Both the position numbers and the translations under genes were made by a program. Positions 20,612 to 30,181 of a DNA stretch of 64,000 nt are shown here, piece by piece. Positions within the stretch are counted from its first letter, which is position 1. The number at the start of each line of letters is the position of its first letter. The notes under the pieces are model-generated. The model searched no databases. It worked only from the letters and a program-made list of their open reading frames with translations, and was not told where the DNA came from. The DNA is taken from positions 4,704,001 through 4,768,000 of the forward strand of contig CBDFJQ010000002.1 of NCBI GenBank assembly GCA_965248575.1. The letters are read 5' to 3'. Source of the stretch: Planctomycetota bacterium. GTDB taxonomy: Bacteria; Planctomycetota; B15-G4.

Positions 20612-22549
20612 ATGGGCATTGGCCGGCGGTTCCTGAGTCCTTGTGTGTTCTTGCTCCTGGCGCTGCATGTCTATGCGGCATCGGTACCGACTCAAGAGCG
20701 CGACCTCTGGTACGTGGTGAGCCATCGCGGGGAGCCCATCGCTTCGGTTCACGTCGAGGTGACGCTCTTGGAGGACGGCAGCTTGCGGTACGCCTGGACG
20801 TCTCGGAACAGCGTGAACTTCCTGGGCCAGGAGCAGGAAACCACGGTCTCCACCGAGCTCCTGGTGTCTGCAGAGTTGCGGCCTTTGTCGCTGCGCTCGG
20901 AGACCTCCGCGCTGTCGGGTGGCTCGACGATCCGGGGAGAGCTGGTGGGCGACGTGCTGAGCTGGACGTCCCTCATGGATGGGGAGGAGTCGTCCTCCGA
21001 GACACCCACCGACGGGGAGCACCCGTTGATCTTCGACTCGTGCCTGGCCGAGTGGTTGACGCGGCAGCCTGAGAGTCCGGCCGCCGTGACCGTTCAGGTC
21101 ATCGATGATTCCACCTGGGAACTGGCCACGCTGAGCGCCACGCCCCAGCCCTCTGAGGGCGGTGAAGCTGTATGGCGAGTGGAGCCTTTGGACGGCTCCT
21201 ATGCCATGACCTTGTGGGTGGGTGCCGATGGCTTCGAGCGGCAGCGGGTCTACGAGTCCCTGGAGGTGCAGATGACGCGCTCCTCTGAAGAAGAAGCCTC
21301 GCAGATCAAGGCCAGCGACCAGACCGGTGGCACGGTGCTGTCCTTCCCGGTGGAGCCGCCCATCAAGGCCCCACACCTCCTGACGGACCTCACTGTGGAG
21401 CTACGTTGGGACGCCATCCCCTTTGCCGACTTTGAGCTGGAGGATGACCGCCAGCGGCTGCTCGAATACTCGCTCGAGGGGACGAGCGCGCGTGCGTTGG
21501 TGAACATCTTCGCGCCCGATCCCGTTGAGGGCGAACTTCCTTTCCCGGTGCAGAAGGAGGGTTTCGAAGCGACGCTCGCCGAGACGGAGTACATCAAGCC
21601 GCAGCACCCGGACATCCAGGAAGTGGCCGCGCGCGTGACTCAAGGCAAGAGCACGGCCTTGGAGGCGGTGGAGGCCCTGAGCGCGTGGGTGTTCGACTAC
21701 GTGGATGCGACGCTCATCGTCGAGACCTTGAGCGGCCCTCAGGTGCTGGCGCGCAAGGTCGGCAAGTGCACGGAGTACTCAACGCTCTTTGCCTCCCTGG
21801 CGCGCTCCTCCGGCATCCCCACCCGTCTCGCGCTCGGGGAGCGCATGGTCGGCGGTCAGTGGGGCGGGCATATGTGGAACGAGGTCTACGTGGGGCGTTG
21901 GATCCCCGTGGACGCCAGCGTGAACGAGGTGGGGGCGTCGCTCGCGTTGCTGAAGTTCATCCACAGTGACACCGTGACAGGGACCCAGCCTCTGCGCTGG
22001 GCTCTGACCGAGAGCCTGGAGATCCGTGTGGCCGACTACTCGGCGACGGAGGCCCCACTCAGCGGTCAGTACGAGACGGGCATCGCCGGCAGCGCCTACA
22101 CCAACGCGGAGTTCGAGTGTCGCTTGACGGCGCCGCGCTCCGAGTGGCTGCTGCACGACGCGACGGGGGCTGGCGGCAACGTCACGATCCGGTTCGAGAT
22201 CCCCGGTGCCGAGAGCGCGTTCATCCACTTCGTGGCCTTCCCCATCCCCGCAGGGCTGGAGGCGAAGGCGCTCGCGGAGTCACGCATCGGGATGTTCAGC
22301 CCCAGCTACGACGGCTTCGAGGTCGAGATCAACAAGCCTGTCGTGGTGAACGACGCGTCCGGCCACACCACCTGCTTTCGAGGCGTCGCCAAGGGCTCCG
22401 AGGTCGAATCCGGCATCACGGAGTACGTCTGGACACAGGGCTCCTTCGGCTACCTCCTGAACATGATCGCCACGAAGGCCGAGCACGACGAGCAGCTCGC
22501 GGAGTTCGAAGCGCTGCTGGGAAGCTTCGAGTTCTTGATGCAAGAGTAG
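20612..22549 (+). CDS. Exported transglutaminase-like (Cys-His-Asp) protein
   Basis: GKCTEYSTLFASLARSSGIPTR, GHMWNEVY, WIPVD; N-terminal RRFL plus hydrophobic stretch. Confidence 0.9.
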   Translation: MGIGRRFLSPCVFLLLALHVYAASVPTQERDLWYVVSHRGEPIASVHVEVTLLEDGSLRYAWTSRNSVNFLGQEQETTVSTELLVSAELRPLSLRSETSALSGGSTIRGELVGDVLSWTSLMDGEESSSETPTDGEHPLIFDSCLAEWLTRQPESPAAVTVQVIDDSTWELATLSATPQPSEGGEAVWRVEPLDGSYAMTLWVGADGFERQRVYESLEVQMTRSSEEEASQIKASDQTGGTVLSFPVEPPIKAPHLLTDLTVELRWDAIPFADFELEDDRQRLLEYSLEGTSARALVNIFAPDPVEGELPFPVQKEGFEATLAETEYIKPQHPDIQEVAARVTQGKSTALEAVEALSAWVFDYVDATLIVETLSGPQVLARKVGKCTEYSTLFASLARSSGIPTRLALGERMVGGQWGGHMWNEVYVGRWIPVDASVNEVGASLALLKFIHSDTVTGTQPLRWALTESLEIRVADYSATEAPLSGQYETGIAGSAYTNAEFECRLTAPRSEWLLHDATGAGGNVTIRFEIPGAESAFIHFVAFPIPAGLEAKALAESRIGMFSPSYDGFEVEINKPVVVNDASGHTTCFRGVAKGSEVESGITEYVWTQGSFGYLLNMIATKAEHDEQLAEFEALLGSFEFLMQE

Positions 22550-22576
22550 TTTTGAGCGAGGAAGCTTCCTTCCCCT

Positions 22577-23005
22577 TCAGTCCTGCGATGCGATGGGCGC
22601 CACCGTCGGTGCCAAGAAGAAGCGACCCACCTCGGCCTTGAAGGTCGAGCCGTCGTCGCGCTCCATGACGTAGTGACCTTCCATGGTGCCCCAGGTGGTT
22701 GCCAGCGGGCAGCCGCTCATGTACTCGAACTCTGCTCCTGCCTCGAGCCGCGGCTCTTCGCCGATGACTCCCGGCCCCTCCACGATCTCTGCCTCCCCGT
22801 CGGCATCTCGGATGATCCAGCGCCGGGAGCGCAGGGTCGCCGGATCGCTGCCCTCGTTGAGGATGCGCACCCGGTAGGCGAATGCGTACAGCTCGTCGTC
22901 CGGCGAGGACTGGTCGGGCAGGTACTGGGAGGCCACCTTGATGCGGACGCCCTCGGTGACGACGTCGGAGTGACCAGTCTGCGGGTTGTTGGTGGGGGAG
23001 GGCAT
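22577..23005 (-). CDS. apaG: ApaG protein
   Basis: YAFAYRVRILN, LRSRRWIIRD, VEGPGVIGEEP, FEYMSGCPL.T.WGTMEG.Y. Confidence 0.95.
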   Translation of the reverse strand: MPSPTNNPQTGHSDVVTEGVRIKVASQYLPDQSSPDDELYAFAYRVRILNEGSDPATLRSRRWIIRDADGEAEIVEGPGVIGEEPRLEAGAEFEYMSGCPLATTWGTMEGHYVMERDDGSTFKAEVGRFFLAPTVAPIASQD

Positions 23006-23151
23006 GGCGACTCGGGGATTGGGGACCTCCCAGCCTAGGGAGTCTGATCGCGATGACAACACCTGCATGTGTGGCCTCTGACGCGCCTCGCCGCTCTCGT
23101 CTACACTCCAGGCTGCGGCCTGTAGCCCGCCGGCCCGCGCCCGCCACCCGG

Positions 23152-24474
23152 ATGCTCCCCATGACTCGTCTCCCGCCCTTGCTTGCAACCGCCTCGGCCG
23201 TCCTCTTTGCTGTCCTCGCCACGGGCGGCATCCTCTGTGCCCAGTCGCCCGTGCCCCTCGTGTTGGCTGGCGATTCGCTGCCCGACGGAGGCACGGTCAC
23301 TGGCATCCGCTTCGTCGAGGTCGACTACTTCGGTGACTGGAGCGCGCAGGTGACGACCGACCTGTCGAACTATCCGACGCTCGTGCTGAAGTCGGGCGCA
23401 CCGTGGAAAGCCGTGGGGAGCCCGGTGCAGTTTCCTGAGGGCACGACCATCGCCGCTTTCGACAGCATCTCGGCGGAGCTCTTCGGCGGGCTCATCTGGA
23501 ACGCCCGCCTGGATGGCACCCCCGGCGGCACCGAGGACGATGAAGCGCTCTTCTATGAGAGCAAGCTGTGGATGCAGGAGGGGCCGCTGAACTCCTACCT
23601 GAACACCAACCTTCCGCACGGGACGCGCTGGCTGTCCTTCAATGATGTGCAAGCGTCCTCTGCGAACGGGGTCGTCATGCTTCGCGGTCGCATCGACGAC
23701 CCCACCCTCAGCGGAGCCTCCGAGTCCATCCTTGCCCAAGGCTACATGGCCGGTGCGCCCGGGCTGCTCGTGGCCATGGACCGCATCGTGTCCGCGGGTC
23801 AACTCGCGCCGACCCTTAGCGAGCGCATCCAATCCGTGCGCCTCGCCCCGGACGCGGCCTCCATCGCGCCCGGCGGCGGCCGACTGCTCTGGAGCTGCGA
23901 CCTGCGCGGCGACCCGAAAGTGGACGGCTGCGTGTTCCGCTACATCAGTGGCTCGGCAGTGCATCTGCTCCTGGCGCGGGAGGGCGACCCGTCCCCCGTC
24001 GCGGGCCGGACGTGGGGGCCGCTGGAGGAGCTGGCGGTGGACATCAACTCCAACGGGAAGTGGACGATCCGTGCCGCCCTGGACGACAGCGATCTCAGCA
24101 ATGACGCGCTGATCGTGAAGAACGGCCAGGTGCTGGCCCGCGAGGGCGATGCGCCGGCCGCCGTTGCCCCGGATGTCGTCGACGGCCTCGGGCGCGGCCC
24201 GGCGCTTGTCGGTGACAACGGCAAGGTGGTCTGGTACGCGCATCTGTCCGGCCCCGGTGGCCCGTCTGAGGCGCTGTTCCTCGACAACCAACTGCTCGTG
24301 CGCACCGGCGTGACCATGATTGGCGGCCGGCTGCTCGAGGCTTTGAGCCCCGAGAGCGGCTCCCTTGCTCTCGCACCCCTGGACGACCTGCTGGTGTTCC
24401 GCGGGACGCTGGCAGGTGCTGTCGAAGGGGCGTTCTCGCTGGATCTGAGCAGCTTGGATTCTGCGGGCCGCTGA
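23152..24474 (+). CDS. Secreted repeat protein, paralog of 18823-20517 but without the C-terminal domain
   Basis: LLAREGDPSPVAGRTW vs LLAQEGSPSPVAGREW; LFLDNQLLVRTGVT vs LFLNHQLIVQEGVT. Confidence 0.82.
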   Translation: MLPMTRLPPLLATASAVLFAVLATGGILCAQSPVPLVLAGDSLPDGGTVTGIRFVEVDYFGDWSAQVTTDLSNYPTLVLKSGAPWKAVGSPVQFPEGTTIAAFDSISAELFGGLIWNARLDGTPGGTEDDEALFYESKLWMQEGPLNSYLNTNLPHGTRWLSFNDVQASSANGVVMLRGRIDDPTLSGASESILAQGYMAGAPGLLVAMDRIVSAGQLAPTLSERIQSVRLAPDAASIAPGGGRLLWSCDLRGDPKVDGCVFRYISGSAVHLLLAREGDPSPVAGRTWGPLEELAVDINSNGKWTIRAALDDSDLSNDALIVKNGQVLAREGDAPAAVAPDVVDGLGRGPALVGDNGKVVWYAHLSGPGGPSEALFLDNQLLVRTGVTMIGGRLLEALSPESGSLALAPLDDLLVFRGTLAGAVEGAFSLDLSSLDSAGR

Positions 24475-24629
24475 GACGAGGCACGCCGGTGTTCGTTCGT
24501 TCAGCACCTTCCCGTTGATTTCGAATCCCCTCGCAACCTGAAAGGTCGAGCTCTGTTTCTTGCGTTGCGGCGCGCGGGCGGGGACGCTCGTGGTCAGCGC
24601 TTGGGGCACGGATCCAGCGGAGGGCTGAG

Positions 24630-27140
24630 GTGAACGTGAAGATGCGTGGGGCCGTCATTGGCGGGGCTGTTCTGCTGGCTGTGGTTGTTGTCATGGTCGC
24701 CTTGCTCGACGACGCCGGTGCCGGAGAAGGGCCGGTGATCTCGGTTGCGCCACAAGGCGCACCGGCCATGGGTGTCCCGGACGGGCTCGAGTCAACCGAG
24801 CTCCCCGTGCTGGCGGAGGCGGCGCCTGCGGGACTGGAGTTTGCGGAGGCGCCCGAGCAAGCTGCGAAGGTCAGCAGCCCCGAGCCTGCCCTCGTCATCC
24901 GCGGCCTGGTTCTGGCGCCCAACGGGACGCCAGTGGAAGGCGCCGTGCTCGTGCTGTCGAAGGACGCCCAGGACGCACCCGCCCTCGACACTCAGCTCTC
25001 CAATTCCGAGGGGCGGTTTCGATTCGAGTTCCAGGAGCACCAAGAGGACGCCGAACGTCTCTCCGTGACGGCTGAGGGTTTTGCTCCCATGTCCATGAGC
25101 GGCACGGGCTTTTCGGACGAGGAGTTCGAGGTGCGCCTGCACTGGACGGCCACGGTGTCGGGCGTGGTGCGCGACGTCGAGACCGGCGCTCCGGTCGCGC
25201 GTGCCCTGGTGTCGAGCGGCCGTACTCCCGTCGAGACTGCTTCTGATGGCTCCTACAGCCTGGACGGTGTCCTGGTGGGTTGGGAGTCCGGGATCACGGT
25301 GCAGCACGAGGACTACGCCCGGGAAGTCGTGAGCTTCTTGCTGAAGAACCCCGAGGCGGTGGAGGTGGATGTAGAGCTCGAACGGGGCGTGCTTGTGGAA
25401 TGCAGCGTCGTGGACCGGCAATCGGGAGAGCCGGTACAGGGCGCCGAGATCCGCCGCTACGTGCGTGGCGATGCCTTCGCGAAGGTGGACGGCAGCGGGC
25501 GCTTCAACATGCGCCTGAGCAAGAACGACGGCGAAGGCGATCGTTCCATCACGGTGACCCACCCGGACTACTGCCCGCTGCAATGGAGCTGGCAGGGCGA
25601 CGACGTCGCGCCCGGACTTTCGCCGCGTCTGCCTCTGGAGCGCCCGGCCTGGATCGATGTGCGCCTCGTCGACGTGGAGGGCGAGCTGGTGCAGGGTGCG
25701 GGTGTGTACGCCTCGTTGGACCTGTTCCCGGCGGGGCGGCTGCCGCCGGAGACACTGGCGGCCTTCGGTTTGCCTGGCTCGGCGTCGGACGGGGACCCCT
25801 CCGACGCATTGCCCCCGCTGGACGATCTCCCGGGCGTGGCCCAGGTGCCCGTACTCCCGTCGGAGAAGGACTACACCTTGAGCGCCTGGCACCCAGACTA
25901 TGTGTCGGCCAAATCGGAACCGCTCCAGCTGCGTCTGCCGGACGGCCGTGTGTCGGTGGATCTCGTGCTGCACCAAGGAGGCTCGATCGTCGGTTGCTTG
26001 ATGCGCGACGCTGAGCCCCTGGACTTTGTGGAGGTGCGTTGCACGGACGCCCAGGGGAAGTACCTCGGGCGCGGCTACACTTCACAGAAGGGTGAATTCG
26101 CCCTGAAGAACCTGCGTGTTGGCGAGGCCACCCTCACGGTGCAGGGTGTCATGCACGGCCAGGTGCTGTACGAGGCCGTGCTGACGGTAGAGGCAGGCCG
26201 AGAGCTCGTGCACGACATCGCTTTGGAGACGGAGCAGCAGGCGTTGGACACGCTGGAGGGTCGCGTGGCTTGGGCGAATGGCGAAGCCGTCACCCAGAAA
26301 GGCGTGGGGGCGCGGGTTGCAGGCAATGCGCGGGGCTTGCAGATTGCGTCCACGCAGACCGACGAGACGGGGGCCTATGTGCTGGAAGTCCCGGCGGGCG
26401 GCGTCTACGACGTCTGGATTCCTCACGTCACGGAGGTGCTGCGCGAGGCGGTGCCGGCCGGATCGCGCGGGGTGAACTTCGTCTTGCCACTCATCTCGAC
26501 CTTCACGCTCGTACTGCGCGATGTGGCGACGGGCGAGCCGGTGCAGGGGGAGGGCTCCCGGCTCATGCGGCGCTGGCTCTCCTGGCGCCAAGCAGGAGCC
26601 CTGCGCTTCCGCACCACGACCACGGACATCGACATCCACGGCAAGGCGGCCTTGGAGTTGCCCGTGGGCGCGGTGGACCTGGCCATCGACCTGGAGAGTG
26701 ACGGCTTCCAACCCCTGCGCCTGCACGGAGTCTCGGTGCCCGAGCTGCCGTCCCCACACCCTTACGAGGTGCTGCTTCAGAAGGGAGCGGAAGTCGACTT
26801 TCAGCTCGTGGACGTCTCGACGGGTCAGAAGGTACGGCCTGCAGACCATCTCGTGTACGTCGTGCCCGAGGCCAAGCGCGACCTCATCCGGCAACCCGCC
26901 GAAGGTGAACGGGCCTACCACCGGATCAACGGCGTCGAGGTGCTCATCGAGGACCCCGAGCTTGGCGGGCGACGCCTGAAGTTGCGCGAAGAAGGCAAGG
27001 CCGTTCAAGGGGGCCTGGAGCCGGGGCGCTATTACCTGATGGCCTTCCCGCCCGATCTGGTCCTGGAGCCAGCGAGCTTCACCATCCCGCGCGCGGCAGA
27101 CGAACCGCTGGAGGTGCGCTGGGCGCCGCTCGGAGGCTGA
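24630..27140 (+). CDS. Membrane-anchored protein with tandem carboxypeptidase-regulatory-like (beta-sandwich) domains
   Basis: N-terminal TM; repeated GxVxDxxGxPVxGAxV...TDxxGxF/Y motifs. Confidence 0.85.
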   Translation: MNVKMRGAVIGGAVLLAVVVVMVALLDDAGAGEGPVISVAPQGAPAMGVPDGLESTELPVLAEAAPAGLEFAEAPEQAAKVSSPEPALVIRGLVLAPNGTPVEGAVLVLSKDAQDAPALDTQLSNSEGRFRFEFQEHQEDAERLSVTAEGFAPMSMSGTGFSDEEFEVRLHWTATVSGVVRDVETGAPVARALVSSGRTPVETASDGSYSLDGVLVGWESGITVQHEDYAREVVSFLLKNPEAVEVDVELERGVLVECSVVDRQSGEPVQGAEIRRYVRGDAFAKVDGSGRFNMRLSKNDGEGDRSITVTHPDYCPLQWSWQGDDVAPGLSPRLPLERPAWIDVRLVDVEGELVQGAGVYASLDLFPAGRLPPETLAAFGLPGSASDGDPSDALPPLDDLPGVAQVPVLPSEKDYTLSAWHPDYVSAKSEPLQLRLPDGRVSVDLVLHQGGSIVGCLMRDAEPLDFVEVRCTDAQGKYLGRGYTSQKGEFALKNLRVGEATLTVQGVMHGQVLYEAVLTVEAGRELVHDIALETEQQALDTLEGRVAWANGEAVTQKGVGARVAGNARGLQIASTQTDETGAYVLEVPAGGVYDVWIPHVTEVLREAVPAGSRGVNFVLPLISTFTLVLRDVATGEPVQGEGSRLMRRWLSWRQAGALRFRTTTTDIDIHGKAALELPVGAVDLAIDLESDGFQPLRLHGVSVPELPSPHPYEVLLQKGAEVDFQLVDVSTGQKVRPADHLVYVVPEAKRDLIRQPAEGERAYHRINGVEVLIEDPELGGRRLKLREEGKAVQGGLEPGRYYLMAFPPDLVLEPASFTIPRAADEPLEVRWAPLGG

Positions 27141-27156
27141 GGGGTGGTCTGTCGGC

Positions 27157-27492
27157 TCAGCCCTCGAAGCTGGAGTGCGGGGCCATCACCACCAGCAGGG
27201 TGGCCTCGGCATCGGACACGTTCTCCACGCCATGCGGCACCCCCGCGGGGGCTATGGCCAGCCCACCGGGCGCCAGCTCGCGGGTCAGCACACCGATGGT
27301 GACAAGGGTCGACCCGCTCAGCGCGTGGTAGATCTTGTCGCTGCCCGCGTGCGCGTGGATCTTCTGCAGCTGGCCGGGTCGCAGGCAGTAGACGTCGCAG
27401 AACATGTGCTGCGACTCGTGCAGGTTCACCTTGCTCAGCTTGTCGTCGCGAAAGGTCGCTGCGGCGTGCACGTCGTGGAAGTGATCCGTCAT
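27157..27492 (-). CDS. Cupin domain protein
   Basis: HAHAGSDK...APAGVPHGVEN. Confidence 0.88.
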   Translation of the reverse strand: MTDHFHDVHAAATFRDDKLSKVNLHESQHMFCDVYCLRPGQLQKIHAHAGSDKIYHALSGSTLVTIGVLTRELAPGGLAIAPAGVPHGVENVSDAEATLLVVMAPHSSFEG

Positions 27493-27694
27493 CTGTGGTC
27501 CGCCGTTTGGGTGGGTCAGAGTCCTGAGGCTGCCCCGGCACGCCTCCACAAAGCCGACTCGGTCGGTACACTACCATCGGCTGCTGGAGCGCACGGGGGA
27601 GTCCGCTGCGGGAGCCAGCACCCGCAAACCCTCGGCGATCTCTACGCCACACCCATCTCGACCTCGACCTGACCGTGCACCTCCGAGACCCGAT

Positions 27695-30118
27695 GTGCTC
27701 ATGACTCTCGCCATGACAGTGCTGGGCAGGCCAGGGAAGCAGCGCAGGGTCTTCCACGCGGCTGCCAAACGAGCCGGTGTCGGAGCGCCGTCGGCGTGGT
27801 CCGCTGCACCGCCACCGGCCTGGCGGTACAACTGGGGTTTCGGCTGGGCGCTGCTCGTGGTGTCGGTTGCTTGCTTTGGATGTTCCGAGCCCGGAAATCC
27901 TGCGGGGGGCTCGCCCAACACCGTGCAGGCGGATGAACCGGAGGCGGCGGAGCGCCTGGTCCTGCGCCCCGGCGACTCGCTGCTCGATTCCCTGGGCTCT
28001 GCGAGATTGGTGCAACACCCTGAGACGGTTTTGCCGCCAGCCGTGGCCGAGCTGGCGCAGGGGGCGTTGGTGGACTGGTTCGCCCCGCTCCCACCCGACG
28101 TCTGGAAGGCCACTCCGGAGCACCACGTGCCCACGGATGTGCAGCCGCTCATGGACGCCGATCCGGGCCTCACGCTTTGGTACACGGTGCCGCCCCTCTC
28201 GGCGCCGGCGGACGGCGAGGAGCTGAACGCCTATCTCTTCCAGGGCGTGCCGGTGCCAACCTGGGATGGCAGTGCGCAGGGCCTGCGAACGGCCCCGGTG
28301 CTGTGGTATCCGAGACGGCATGGCCTCTTGGCCCTCGCGCACGCGCCACCCGAGGGCGTGGAGTCCCGGCTGCGCATCGCGTCGTCCGTCGAATTCGGTG
28401 GGATGGAACGCGGCCGACTGCTCTTGGGGCGCGAGCCGCAGCCCGCCGACATGCTCGAACGCTTCGAGCTCGGTGACGTGGACCGGCCTGCCTTGTTGCT
28501 TGCGTCGGGCGCCGCGCTCGAGTGGAGCGTCGATTCCTGGGAGGCCGACGGGATCGAGATCGCGCTGGGCCTGATGGACCAGGGTTGGATCGAGGTAGAG
28601 GGATCGTTGCTGCGGACCACCTCCCGCAGCGATGGCGTCACCTTGGCCGTGGAGCTGGATGGCCGGCGCGTTTGGGAACGGACGCTCCCGCCTGAGGCGG
28701 CCGGAACGATGTGGCAGGAGGAGGTTCTGCAGATTCCGGTCCCACGCGGCGAGGGTTTCACCCTGCGCCTGCTGACGGAGGGCGGACCGGCGGGAGAGGC
28801 CACGGGCGACTACGCCGTGTGGGGTTCCCTGCGCGCGGTGGGCCGCCCGACACGCGCTCCTGGCCGACCTCATGTGGTCCTGATCGACATCGACACGCTG
28901 CGCGCGGATCGCCTGGCGGCCTACCGATCGCCAGCGACCGCCAAACCCGAGGCCCGGGTGACCACACCGGGCATCGACGCGTGGGCGTCGGCACACGCCA
29001 TGGTCTACACCGACTCCGTGTCCACGGCTTCCTGGACCCTACCGGCCACCGTGTCGATGCTGACAGGGCTCGCCGTACACCAGCACGGTGTGGACGCTCA
29101 CGAAGAGGCGCTAGGGCCTGGTGTGGCGACCCTCGCTTCGAGGTTGGGCGACGCCGGGTACGAGACCTGGGCCATGGTCACGGGCGCCTTCCTCGACACG
29201 CGCTACGGCTGCTCCCTGGGCTTCGATCGCTACGAGAGCCGAGAGCCGCGCCACATGGATTGGGAGCCCGCCATCGGCAGGCTCCTGGCGAACGACAGCG
29301 AGCGGCCGCTCTTCATCTTCCTGCAGACGTATGCCGTGCATCAACCGTACCCGCACGACGAGCTGTTCGCGGACCCGGAGTTCAGCGGTTTCCTCGCGGG
29401 GCAAGAGGTCAACCGACGCAGCGTGTTCTTGCCGGTGGAGCAGGGCAAACTCGACCTCTCGGACGACGAGCTCGCCCATGTGGAGGCCATGTACGACGCG
29501 CTGGTGGTGCGCATGGACCAAGCGGTGGCGCGCTTCCTCGTGCAGCTTGGGGAGAGCGTGGACCCGGAGCACTTGCTGATCGTGTTCACCTCGGACCACG
29601 GGGAGGGTTTCCTGGAGCACGGCTTGCTGTCGCACGGGAAGACGCTGCACGGGGAGATGCTGCGGGTGCCGCTGGTGGTGCAGTACCCGGACGGCACGAA
29701 GGGCTTGGACGCCCGCCCCGTCTCGGGGCTGGACGTCGTTCCGACGGTCCTGGACGTGGTGGGTCTGTCGCCGGAATCGGGTCTGCCGGGGCGCTCGCTC
29801 CGGGCCGAGCCAGAGGCGGACACCGTGCGCATGGCCGAACTGGACGGCCGGCACCAGGCGCTCAACAGCGGCGGCTACAAGTTGATGCAGTCAGACGGCG
29901 GGCGGACCGATGTGCGGCTGTTCCGTTTGGGCGAAGACCCCCAGGAGCACCGGAATCGCGCTGCCGACTTGCCCGAGATCGTGGACGATCTACGGCGGCG
30001 CCTGGATTGGTTCCAGGCGACGTACCCTCCGTCGGCCGAAGGCTCGGCCCGCACGATCTCGCCGGGCGCCGAGCAGATCGAACAGCTTCGGGCGCTCGGG
30101 TACCTGGGCGACGGCTGA
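27695..30118 (+). CDS. Sulfatase-like hydrolase/transferase with large N-terminal exported domain
   Basis: LIDIDTLRAD, SWTLPATVSMLTG, TSDHGE, C-terminal EQLRALGYL; start uncertain. Confidence 0.88.
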   Translation: MLMTLAMTVLGRPGKQRRVFHAAAKRAGVGAPSAWSAAPPPAWRYNWGFGWALLVVSVACFGCSEPGNPAGGSPNTVQADEPEAAERLVLRPGDSLLDSLGSARLVQHPETVLPPAVAELAQGALVDWFAPLPPDVWKATPEHHVPTDVQPLMDADPGLTLWYTVPPLSAPADGEELNAYLFQGVPVPTWDGSAQGLRTAPVLWYPRRHGLLALAHAPPEGVESRLRIASSVEFGGMERGRLLLGREPQPADMLERFELGDVDRPALLLASGAALEWSVDSWEADGIEIALGLMDQGWIEVEGSLLRTTSRSDGVTLAVELDGRRVWERTLPPEAAGTMWQEEVLQIPVPRGEGFTLRLLTEGGPAGEATGDYAVWGSLRAVGRPTRAPGRPHVVLIDIDTLRADRLAAYRSPATAKPEARVTTPGIDAWASAHAMVYTDSVSTASWTLPATVSMLTGLAVHQHGVDAHEEALGPGVATLASRLGDAGYETWAMVTGAFLDTRYGCSLGFDRYESREPRHMDWEPAIGRLLANDSERPLFIFLQTYAVHQPYPHDELFADPEFSGFLAGQEVNRRSVFLPVEQGKLDLSDDELAHVEAMYDALVVRMDQAVARFLVQLGESVDPEHLLIVFTSDHGEGFLEHGLLSHGKTLHGEMLRVPLVVQYPDGTKGLDARPVSGLDVVPTVLDVVGLSPESGLPGRSLRAEPEADTVRMAELDGRHQALNSGGYKLMQSDGGRTDVRLFRLGEDPQEHRNRAADLPEIVDDLRRRLDWFQATYPPSAEGSARTISPGAEQIEQLRALGYLGDG

Positions 30119-30181
30119 GGCTCAAGCCCTCAGAGCGGCGATGAGGTCGAACTGGCAGATGCTGCCCATGCCAGGTGCCGT

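Noticed and set aside
27032..28996. 654-aa minus-strand ORF and similar long Arg/Pro-rich antisense ORFs across the window
   Set aside because: They overlap well-supported genes and show composition typical of high-GC off-frame translation.
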